A DNA stretch of 64,000 nucleotides, from positions 1 through 64,000 of the IMG/VR virus record IMGVR_UViG_3300045996_003734; one strand, 5' to 3'. Positions 56,027 through 64,000 of this stretch are shown piece by piece; within the stretch, counting starts at the first letter, position 1, and the number at the start of each line of letters is the position of its first letter. The position numbers were made by a program, and so were the translations under genes. Origin of the DNA: a virus. The notes under the pieces are model-generated. The model searched no databases, was not told the origin of the DNA, and was given only the letters and a program-made list of their open reading frames with translations.

Positions 56027-58782
56027 CCGGCCCCCAGCATTCGCGCCTGAACCTTTGCCAACTCCTTAAGCATTTCTTCCTTCTGCTCGGCCGTCAAGCC
56101 GAGCTCCCGCACCCACTCCGACACACCCTCCGCCCCGCTACCGCTCGAGCGAAGAAGCGCCGCTCTTTCGTGCGCTTTCGCCATCAGCTCCAGCGCCTCC
56201 TCCGAGCCGATGCCCTTCAGCTTTTGGAGCCGGTACCGGATGGCGTTGATCTCTCCGGAGTACGCCATGCCCGCGTCCGAGAGCTTCAGCTTCGGTACCA
56301 GCTGGCGCATCACGCGGCGCGCCGTGAGCTCGGTCCCGATCTCCTCGACCACCACGCTGTGCGGGGTGACGTCGTGGAGGTTGCTGCCCGAGAGGCTGTG
56401 CACCTCCTCGTGCACCATGATGCGCAGGCCGTCGAGCTCCTTCCGGATCTCGGGCGTGAGCGTCTTGATGGGTCCGGAAGAGATGCGCTGCATCGCGCGC
56501 CGCGCGCGGTCGACGACGTCGGGCGAGTAGGTGACCTTGGCCGTGCCTGGCTCGAACATCGCCTCGAAGCCGTGCACCGCCACGTCCTCGCCCGAGACGG
56601 TCATGTCGCCGAGCACCGCGTCGCGCGCCTGCGGCACCGTCTCCCGCACCAGGTCGCGGAGCGCAAGGCGCGCCTCGGCGCCGTTGGCGAGCTGCCCGCT
56701 TGCCGTCCGCTCGAGCGCGGCGTTGAAGCGTCCGGGCAGCGCCGCGCGGCGCTCGGCCGTTGCGGCCTGCTGCATCGCAGCGCGCGCAGCCTCGAGCTTG
56801 CGCTGCGCCTCGGCCTCCGCGGCGGCCTTCGCGAAGTGGTCGGCAACCCGGTCCCGCTTCGCCGCGCTCTTCTTGAAGTACGCCTTGATTTCCTCGTACT
56901 TCGGATCCCCCGGGGCGACGTCGGCAGACATCGGGATGAGCCCGCCGTCCCCGTTCCCTCGCGCTCGCAGGAAGGCCTTGCCGACCTGCTCGCCGTCCAC
57001 CTCGAGCATCGCCAGGTCGCGCACCCGAGGCAGCGCGTCCACCGCCTCGGCGGGGATGTGCGGGAACGCCTTTTTGAACTGGCCCTTGAGGTTCTTGAGC
57101 TGGGTTGGGTTCGTGTCGAAGCCAGCGCGCGCCCAGACGTATTGGCCGTCCCACGCGGCCTCGAGCTTGATCTTTTTGACGCCCAGCTTCTCGTACTGCT
57201 CGAGCTGGTTGACGAGGATCCGGCTGCCGATGCCCGAGCCTTGGTGCTCCTTCGCCACCCGCAGGTAGCCGTGGTGCACCACCATGTCGCCGTTCTTCTC
57301 GAGCTTGTAGTCGCGCTGAACGGTGGCGACGTACTTCCCCTCACGGTCGACGATGCGCGCCTTGAGGTCGATGGCGTTGGACGTCGCGCTGATGCGGAAG
57401 TCGTCTAGCCGGTGCCCGTCGTCGAACGTCGCGGGCGAAACGAGGGCTTGGTACTCCTCGGGTGAGAGCGCCCGGCCAAAGCCCTTCTGGCTGACCGCGT
57501 GCAGGTGCTTCAGCTCGCTCGCCTCGAGCTCGATGGCGGCCGCCGTGAATTGGGCGTGGGTCGCTGGCGCAGCGGCGACCGGCAGCGGCACTGGAGGCAG
57601 CCGGATGGGCGGCGCCGGCGGCGCTGTGGACGGCGTGGGCAGCTCGATTGCGGGCGGCGGCACGGGGCGCGGGGGCGGAGCACGCACCGGCACAGGCGGG
57701 CGCTGCGGTGCCGGCGGCGGGGCGAGCGCGGCGGCCGGCACGCTGATGAGCTGGCTGGTGCCGGACTCGAAGCCGGGGTCCGGCAAGCCTTTGGGGACCG
57801 GGCCCACCTCGATGCCCATGCGCTTGAGCCACGCCAGCGTGCGCGCGATGACGCGGCAGCGGCAGTTGAAGCCGAAAGGCGGGTAGGCCAGCTTCCAGAA
57901 CGGGTGATTCGCCGGGAGCACGATGCCGTGCGCGCGCTTGTGCGTCTCGCGCTGGCGCGCGTCGGTGACGCCTCGGATCTGCCAGTACGGCAGCGCGGCC
58001 AGCACGGCGGGTTGGCTCATCTCGGCGCGCCGCCCGCTCGCCACGGCGCTCATGCTGTTCGTGCGGAAGATGGTCTCGACGTGGCTCGGGTTGTCTGGCG
58101 TCCAGCCCGCCGTCTTCAGGCGCTCCTTGGCGAACTTGCGGAAGTCTCGGAGGTTGGCGCCCTTCGGTGTGCTGCCGGGGGTGCCGGGCCGCCTGCCCTG
58201 CCCGTCGCGCAGCTGGCGGACGAGCTCGGCCTTGGTGGCGTTGAGCAGCTCCTCCTTGGCCATGCCGGCGACGGTGAAGGCCTGCTTCCGCGCACCCTCC
58301 TGCATCGCGCGAAACGCCGCCGGCGGCACGACCTTGCGCTGCTCGAACTGCGCGATCGCGGTCTCGCCCGGGAGGTGCACCAGGCCCGGCCGGCGCCGCA
58401 CCGCGAACGTTGCCGGCGCCAGCTCCACGTCGTGCTCGCGCTCCCACTGCGAGTCGAGCGCACCGAGCATCAAGCCCCGCAGAATGGTCTGCTCTATCTC
58501 CTTCGCGAACGCGCCCACGTCGATGCGCGCGCGCTCGAGCGCGCTTCGAATTTCGAACTCCGTTTCGCTGTCGCCGATAGCCTCGAGGACGGCCTCTCCC
58601 CAGGCGGCCGTGATCCGAGTTGCCGCAGCCACGCCGTCTTCGACGAGCGCCTCCGGAGAACCGTTCGGGCTGTCGGGTTGCTCGGCGCAGCAGACGTGCT
58701 CGCCCAGCAAGTCCTGAGCGTTGAGCGAGGCGTAGAACCGCTCGAGCTCGAGGAGCTCCGCGCGCGCCTGCTCCGCGTTCAT
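56023..58782 (-). CDS. long MuF/gp7 minor head protein with GNAT-like and HExxH domains
   Basis: ETIFRTN, YPPFGFNCRC; Pro linker; HQGSGIGS; HEEVH. Confidence 0.88.
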   Translation of the reverse strand: MNAEQARAELLELERFYASLNAQDLLGEHVCCAEQPDSPNGSPEALVEDGVAAATRITAAWGEAVLEAIGDSETEFEIRSALERARIDVGAFAKEIEQTILRGLMLGALDSQWEREHDVELAPATFAVRRRPGLVHLPGETAIAQFEQRKVVPPAAFRAMQEGARKQAFTVAGMAKEELLNATKAELVRQLRDGQGRRPGTPGSTPKGANLRDFRKFAKERLKTAGWTPDNPSHVETIFRTNSMSAVASGRRAEMSQPAVLAALPYWQIRGVTDARQRETHKRAHGIVLPANHPFWKLAYPPFGFNCRCRVIARTLAWLKRMGIEVGPVPKGLPDPGFESGTSQLISVPAAALAPPPAPQRPPVPVRAPPPRPVPPPAIELPTPSTAPPAPPIRLPPVPLPVAAAPATHAQFTAAAIELEASELKHLHAVSQKGFGRALSPEEYQALVSPATFDDGHRLDDFRISATSNAIDLKARIVDREGKYVATVQRDYKLEKNGDMVVHHGYLRVAKEHQGSGIGSRILVNQLEQYEKLGVKKIKLEAAWDGQYVWARAGFDTNPTQLKNLKGQFKKAFPHIPAEAVDALPRVRDLAMLEVDGEQVGKAFLRARGNGDGGLIPMSADVAPGDPKYEEIKAYFKKSAAKRDRVADHFAKAAAEAEAQRKLEAARAAMQQAATAERRAALPGRFNAALERTASGQLANGAEARLALRDLVRETVPQARDAVLGDMTVSGEDVAVHGFEAMFEPGTAKVTYSPDVVDRARRAMQRISSGPIKTLTPEIRKELDGLRIMVHEEVHSLSGSNLHDVTPHSVVVEEIGTELTARRVMRQLVPKLKLSDAGMAYSGEINAIRYRLQKLKGIGSEEALELMAKAHERAALLRSSGSGAEGVSEWVRELGLTAEQKEEMLKELAKVQARMLGAG

Positions 58783-60383
58783 CGCCCGCCGATGGTCGTG
58801 AGCAGCTTCAGCACGTGCGCGGCGCGAACGAGCTGCAGGGGGTCCCGGTCGGTGAACGTGTCTTGGTCAGGCAGGCCTTGGCCGTCATCGCCAAGGGGCG
58901 ACGCGCCGCCGGCCCCGCTCTGCTGTCCGAATCCACCACCACCGCCGCCGCCGCCGGGCGACCCGAAGCCGCCCGCGGGCTGCGGCGCCTGCTGCACCAC
59001 CAGGTCCTCGGGTTGCGGCTCGGCAAAGCCCACGCGCTCGTACACCTCCGAACGCTTGAGCGGGATGCCCAGGCCGAACACCTTCGCGGTGCGCTCGATC
59101 TCCTGCCCACGCGTCGGCGTCACTTCGTACTTGAGCTCGATGCGGGGCGCGTGATCGAGCGCCTCCGCGCCGAAGTTCAGGACGATGATGTCCGCGCCGA
59201 GCTGCTCGGTGAGCAGGTCGGAGATGTCCCAGCCGTCCGCCGCGTACACGCTAGACTGCTCGTCCTGCCCGACCTCGTCGCCGGCGGAGCCGAGCGCGCC
59301 CGGCTTAGCGTCGTTCGTGCGCGTGGTCCCGGAGACCAGCTTGCTGATCTCGTCGTTGCATTCCGCCGCGACTTCCTTGTGGATGGTGCCGGAGTTGTGG
59401 TCGGGAGTCTCGAGCTGCAGCTTGACGCCGGGCGGCATCACGCCGGTGGCGTTCGCTCCGAGCGCGTCGGCGGAGATGGCCGCCTCGTCCAGCGTCTCCT
59501 GCTGGATCTGACCGTCCTCAGCCCAGACGATGCGCCAAGGCTTGCCGAACACCTCCAGCAGAATCAGGCGTTCTCGCCACGAGAAGCGCTTGAAGAAGCT
59601 GAAGTACATGCCGCGCGGACCGAAGCCCTCGCGCTCTGGGTAGTCGTTGAACTGCTGCGGCGTGAAGCTGATGAACTTGAACGGGATCTGCCGCAGCTCG
59701 AGCCCGCGCCGCTCGAAGGCGCCACCGGCGAAGCTGTCGTCACGCACGCGCAGCTCGCGCTCGGGGCCGAAGCTCAGCCGCCGCGGATGAATCCAGTTCA
59801 GGCTGTCGATGCGCCACTTGACCGTGCTGCCGGCGGGGTTCTCGCGCCAGACCTTCTCGAGCGCGGCGCGCCCGTGGCACTGCGCCCAGTTGAGCCTGCG
59901 CACCTGCTGGCGCCAATTTGGGATCCAGGCGAGCTGCTGGCGGACGACGTCGGCGTAGAGCTTGGCCTTGCTTGGGTCGATGCCGTCGCCGGAGGCCGCG
60001 ATCACGTTGGGCTTGATGCTGGCGAGGGCTCGCACCCGCTTGCCCACCGCCGACGTGAAGTGCGGGTCGATGGCCAGCGTCTCGTACTGGAGGTCGGTGA
60101 GGTCCCGCATGTAACCGAGCTCCGCCGAGCGGACGGCTTGCTCGATGAACTCGGGGGTGAGGGAGCGGCCGTAGTACCGGCGGTTTTGCTCGGTGAGGGG
60201 GAGCTCCCCGCCGAACATCGATTCCTGCAGGTTTTGCCGGGCGACGAACTGATTGCCCGCAGCGTCGAAGCGGAGGCGGATGCCCTGGCGGGCAGCGCGC
60301 TCGATGGCGGCGATGCGCTGGCGTTCCTCGAGCGGGGCTCGCTGGAGGATACCCTGCCGGGTGTGCAACGGCGCCAGCTTCAC
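58779..60383 (-). CDS. portal protein (DUF935 / Mu gp29-like)
   Basis: DPHFTSAVGKR, FKRFSWRE...LEVFGKPW, CNDEISKLV.G.T. Confidence 0.9.
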   Translation of the reverse strand: MKLAPLHTRQGILQRAPLEERQRIAAIERAARQGIRLRFDAAGNQFVARQNLQESMFGGELPLTEQNRRYYGRSLTPEFIEQAVRSAELGYMRDLTDLQYETLAIDPHFTSAVGKRVRALASIKPNVIAASGDGIDPSKAKLYADVVRQQLAWIPNWRQQVRRLNWAQCHGRAALEKVWRENPAGSTVKWRIDSLNWIHPRRLSFGPERELRVRDDSFAGGAFERRGLELRQIPFKFISFTPQQFNDYPEREGFGPRGMYFSFFKRFSWRERLILLEVFGKPWRIVWAEDGQIQQETLDEAAISADALGANATGVMPPGVKLQLETPDHNSGTIHKEVAAECNDEISKLVSGTTRTNDAKPGALGSAGDEVGQDEQSSVYAADGWDISDLLTEQLGADIIVLNFGAEALDHAPRIELKYEVTPTRGQEIERTAKVFGLGIPLKRSEVYERVGFAEPQPEDLVVQQAPQPAGGFGSPGGGGGGGGFGQQSGAGGASPLGDDGQGLPDQDTFTDRDPLQLVRAAHVLKLLTTIGGR

Positions 60384-60721
60384 GAGCCGCGCCTCCACCA
60401 CCGACGCGCAGGCGCCGGCGGCGGCGCGGCCTGCGCCGCTCGCGCCGCCTGCTCGTACTGCGCTCGCGCCCCGAGCTCCGCCGTGCGCAGCTGCGCGAGC
60501 TCGCTCTCGACCTGGGCCGCAAGCACCTCGATGCGTGAACACCACCGCTCAGTCAGCGCCCAAAGGAAGGCCGAGCGAACGGCGCCCAGCGGGCCGCCTG
60601 CCTTCGCTTCCGCCGCCCGCCACGTCGCTGCAGTCCGGCGCAGCTCGCCCACGAGGCGCTCGGCAAGCTCTCGCCTACCGGTTGCCAAGCCAAGGGAATG
60701 AGCCAGCTGGGTCGCGTCCAC
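60380..60721 (-). CDS. hypothetical helical protein
   Basis: GTGA overlap with portal start; promoter motif at -34. Confidence 0.6.
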   Translation of the reverse strand: MDATQLAHSLGLATGRRELAERLVGELRRTAATWRAAEAKAGGPLGAVRSAFLWALTERWCSRIEVLAAQVESELAQLRTAELGARAQYEQAARAAQAAPPPAPARRWWRRGS

Positions 60722-60759
60722 GCTGGACGATGTCAGCCCAGGCGCGACCTGGCCCCGCG

Positions 60760-63270
60760 TCAGGAGTCTTCCACGGTCGGGTCGCGCTCGAGCTCGGTCA
60801 CCCGGACGGTGAGATGGGCGTCGGCGCCGAGCGTGTTTGTGACGCTGAGGCGCAGGTTGTTGCCGCTAATCGAGGCGTTAACGGTCAGGTTCACGGAGTC
60901 GCCCGAGGTGAACAAGCTGGACTGCACGGGCGTGCTCGCGGCGCCGCTTCCGGAGCGCTGGGTCTCAACGTGCACGATCTTCGTGCCTCGGTCGCCGGAC
61001 GCATCCTCGGCCAGGACCTTCACGCGGAAGAGGTAGCGGGTGGACGGCAGGAGCGGCACGTCGATGTTGGCCGTGGTGCCGGCGCTCGCCACGTCCACGC
61101 TCGACAGCGAGCCGACCAAGCCGCCGATTCCGTCGTTCTCGATGGCCGCGGCTCCGATCTTGGTGTTCGTGCCGCCGTCGCTGAACGGCGAGCCGTTCCC
61201 CGAGATTCGCGTCTCCGCGATGCGCGTGCCGTCAGCGGAGCCTTCGATCTCGATGCCGTTCTGGGTGTTGCCGGTGACGACGCTGCCGCCGCCGATGAAG
61301 GCTCGGTCTCCGCGGATCTGGATGCCGTCGTCGGTGTTGTCGCGTGCCGTGACGCCGAGGAGGGAGGCGTCGTCGGCGCCGGCCGCAATGAGGAAGCCGT
61401 CGGCGTTGCCGTAGCTCGTGGTGCCGACGACCTTGTTTCGCAGCCCGTTCAGGATGACGCCGCGCGAGCAAGCGGTGAGCGAGCCACCTTGCACGACCGC
61501 GTCCGGCGCGTTCAGGTCGATGCCGCTCGAGAGGCCCGCGGACCCCGTCCCTGTCGCGTCGAAGCCCTTTACCTCGCAGAACACGGCCGTCGGCTCAGTG
61601 GTCAGCCCGGCCACGGCGCAGGCCTCCGCCGTGCAGTCGGTGACCTTCGTGCGGGGCCCGCGGATGCGGAAGCCGGAGCCCACCGCGGTGAAGGCGTTGC
61701 AGTCCGTCAGCCGCGTGAGGTCCGCCTCGCTGTCGACCAGGAAGGCCTCGTCGCCGGTGTCCTCGACGTCGACCCCGATCACCTTGTTGCGCTTACCGTA
61801 GACGGTCACGCCGAGGAGCATGTCCTTCACGTAGCCGCCCTCGACCGTGACGTGGTCGGCCGCGATGTAGACGCCTAGCGAGGTGGCGCCGTCGTTGCCG
61901 CGGCAGTTGAAGTTGCTGAGGTGCGCCCTGTGCCCGCCGAAGCCGACGCCGGGGTCGCCCATCACACCCTCGCGGAAGCGGATGTAGTGCCCGTCGGGCG
62001 GCCCGTCGCTGGTCCAGACGTTCGTCACTTCGCACGGTCCCCGGATGTCCAAGCCGGCTTGCTCGGTCAGCGTCGTGTCGAGGCCCCAATGGCGCAGGTC
62101 GAGGTGCGCCAGGGACATCGAGCCGTTGCCGTTGCCGACGTTTTTCATGTCGATGCAGTCGGCGCCGGTGTGGTGGATGTACAGGTGGGAGAGGTCCACG
62201 CGCTTCTTGTCGCCGCCCTGCAGCCCCAGGCCGTAGCCGTAGCAGTTCTTGATCTCGACGCGGTGGATGCGCAGACCGTCGCAGCCGCCCGTCCCCGTAC
62301 GGAGACCGTGGACGGACGAGGTGTTGCCCGAGCCCGGGTTCACGAGCTGGCTGTTGCCGTCGAGAGTGAGGTCGCTGATCTCGATCTCGGTCGCGCCGTC
62401 GATGTTGAACAGGTTGGCGTTCGCGCCGTTCGCCGCGCGGATGATGGTCTTTCCCCGCCCTGCTCCGCGAAGCGTGACGTTGGCCAACCCGGTTAGCGAG
62501 AGGCACACGTCATCGATCGCGGACTCGTTCACCAGGTACGCGGCGCCGAGCCCGTCGGGCACGTAGACCAGGCCCGCTCCAGCGGTGTTTGCGGCCGCGA
62601 GCGCCGCCTGAAGGGCCACGCGGTTGGCCGCCGCGAGCGCCGCCGGCGACGCTCCGTACGTGCCGAGCTTCACGTTGAAGTAGGCGAATAGGTCGCGCAC
62701 CGCGATGCCGCCGTCCTTCAGCTCCTTGCCGTTGGCGCTCTGGAAGACCGGCACGCGGTCGACCACGGCCGAGGCCGGCCCGAGCACGTCACCACCGCCC
62801 GGAGGCACCACGTCCACGTCGTCGTTCTGGTTGTCAGCCCAGCCGCCCGCCGAGTACTGCGTGCCCTCGGTGGCGATAATCTTGCGGCGGCCGAGCGCGC
62901 TCCGAACGCACACCAGGCGCTCGAACACGAAGTCCGCGCTCGGTCGGTCGTTCCGGTCGAGGCCTCCGTTCACGAGGCAGCGCACCACCCAGGAGGCCGC
63001 ACCGGTGGCGGGAACGTTGAGCGAGACCGCCGTCGCCGGCGTCGCCGCGTCCACCTTCTGCCCCGTGCTCGAGCCGACCAGCGTGAGCAGCGCGGCCCCC
63101 TTGCTGGCCCTCGGCGACTTGTCGTCGCTGGCGCTGTACACCTCGTACGTCACCCGCCGCACTACGCCGGTGAGCGCCTCGAGCTGGAGCACGAGCGACG
63201 CGCCGCTCACCGTGTCGTAGCCACGCGCCGAGCTCGGGCTACCTTGGATGGTGAAACGGGCGAGGTTCAC
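60760..63270 (-). CDS. right-handed beta-helix (pectate-lyase-like) tailspike/depolymerase
   Basis: ALQAAL.AA...G.VYVP.G..Y, VTLRGAG.GKT, ISDLTLDGN, repeated N/D-G-I rungs. Confidence 0.85.
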   Translation of the reverse strand: MNLARFTIQGSPSSARGYDTVSGASLVLQLEALTGVVRRVTYEVYSASDDKSPRASKGAALLTLVGSSTGQKVDAATPATAVSLNVPATGAASWVVRCLVNGGLDRNDRPSADFVFERLVCVRSALGRRKIIATEGTQYSAGGWADNQNDDVDVVPPGGGDVLGPASAVVDRVPVFQSANGKELKDGGIAVRDLFAYFNVKLGTYGASPAALAAANRVALQAALAAANTAGAGLVYVPDGLGAAYLVNESAIDDVCLSLTGLANVTLRGAGRGKTIIRAANGANANLFNIDGATEIEISDLTLDGNSQLVNPGSGNTSSVHGLRTGTGGCDGLRIHRVEIKNCYGYGLGLQGGDKKRVDLSHLYIHHTGADCIDMKNVGNGNGSMSLAHLDLRHWGLDTTLTEQAGLDIRGPCEVTNVWTSDGPPDGHYIRFREGVMGDPGVGFGGHRAHLSNFNCRGNDGATSLGVYIAADHVTVEGGYVKDMLLGVTVYGKRNKVIGVDVEDTGDEAFLVDSEADLTRLTDCNAFTAVGSGFRIRGPRTKVTDCTAEACAVAGLTTEPTAVFCEVKGFDATGTGSAGLSSGIDLNAPDAVVQGGSLTACSRGVILNGLRNKVVGTTSYGNADGFLIAAGADDASLLGVTARDNTDDGIQIRGDRAFIGGGSVVTGNTQNGIEIEGSADGTRIAETRISGNGSPFSDGGTNTKIGAAAIENDGIGGLVGSLSSVDVASAGTTANIDVPLLPSTRYLFRVKVLAEDASGDRGTKIVHVETQRSGSGAASTPVQSSLFTSGDSVNLTVNASISGNNLRLSVTNTLGADAHLTVRVTELERDPTVEDS

Positions 63271-64000
63271 GGGCTCGGTATGCGAGCCGGGGGCCGCTCT
63301 GACCCTCGCTAGTAGCCGCCGGTCGCGACGCCCTTCCGCGCCCCCCGCGCCGGCACCTTGGGCTTGCTCGCCGGCTGCTTGTCCGCGAAGTCCCAGTTGT
63401 GCACGGTCGAGTCCACCTGGTCGTCCTCGGCGCCGTCCACGCCCGTAAACCGCTCGTGCTCCTTGAGGTACGGGCCGATCCACTTGCCCTCATCCCAGCA
63501 CTCGAGTTCGCGTAGCAGTTTCTGCAACGCCACCGAGTCCAGGGTGGGGTCGTGGTCGAGCGGGACCTGGAAGCGCCCTTGCCCCCAAGCGGCAGCGGCG
63601 GCTTGCGCGGCTGAGAACTTGTCGACGGTGCGCGGCACTTCCACGAGCCGGAGCTTCGGATTCAGGCGGCGGAGGTTCTGTGCGACGCTCTGCCCCTGCC
63701 CGCCCTGGGTCTCGATGACGATGGGCACGCCCGGCCAGCTCGCCTGCAGCACCGCCAGCACGCGCACGACGTCCGGCGTCTCGAGCTGCATGCGGTAGCA
63801 GCGCAGCACCTGGCCGTAGAGCATGCCGGTCAGCACCACGCCCTCGGGGCTTTCCCAGGGCGCTCGCCAGTAGCAGCAGATGGTGATGGCTGTGTGGTCG
63901 GCGCTCGTCTTGGCGGTGCCGGCGGCGTCCACGGCGATGACGATTTGCCGGCCCTGCCGGATGGCCTGCCCCATGTAGCGGCGCGGCTCGCCGAAGACCG
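62149..64000. repeat. diverged direct repeat, copy 2
   Basis: Aligns with 1-1139 and 1810-~2500. Confidence 0.95.
63309..64000 (-). CDS. terL: terminase large subunit, second copy (5' part outside window)
   Basis: Near-identical protein to the C-terminus of 1810-3354. Confidence 0.95.
   Translation of the reverse strand, partial: VFGEPRRYMGQAIRQGRQIVIAVDAAGTAKTSADHTAITICCYWRAPWESPEGVVLTGMLYGQVLRCYRMQLETPDVVRVLAVLQASWPGVPIVIETQGGQGQSVAQNLRRLNPKLRLVEVPRTVDKFSAAQAAAAAWGQGRFQVPLDHDPTLDSVALQKLLRELECWDEGKWIGPYLKEHERFTGVDGAEDDQVDSTVHNWDFADKQPASKPKVPARGARKGVATGGY

Noticed and set aside
37687-60383. Transposable Mu-like phage or tailocin
   Set aside because: Structural genes are Mu-like, but no DDE transposase or MuB was seen and a full head/packaging module exists

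Overview
The whole window is high-GC temperate phage DNA with no host genes. Gly/Cys-rich lipoproteins and an attachment site inside the integrase suggest a myxobacterial host (inference). It holds one roughly 61.5-62 kb genome unit. The modules are a tyrosine integrase/excisionase, a lambda-like cI/cro switch, an SSAP-SbcCD recombination module, a replication/packaging block, a Mu-like contractile-tail morphogenesis module, a GH25 lysis cassette and a tRNA-Trp. Positions 1-~2500 recur at 62149-64000 as a diverged copy (about 90% identical by eye), and the two copies differ by a two-gene insertion. An intact attP-like site (tRNA-Asn 3' end) lies inside the integrase gene at 9366-9389. Together these suggest two related prophages in tandem, or a strain-chimeric assembly. 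The most notable items are a MuF head protein with GNAT and HExxH domains plus a coupled candidate immunity gene, a family of 7-8 mostly leaderless late promoter candidates, a MazF-like gene with Cys at the catalytic Arg position, an atypical tRNA-Trp, 11-bp periodic origin iterons and a switch-like leader RNA. All protein calls come from motif recognition and gene order, not database searches.
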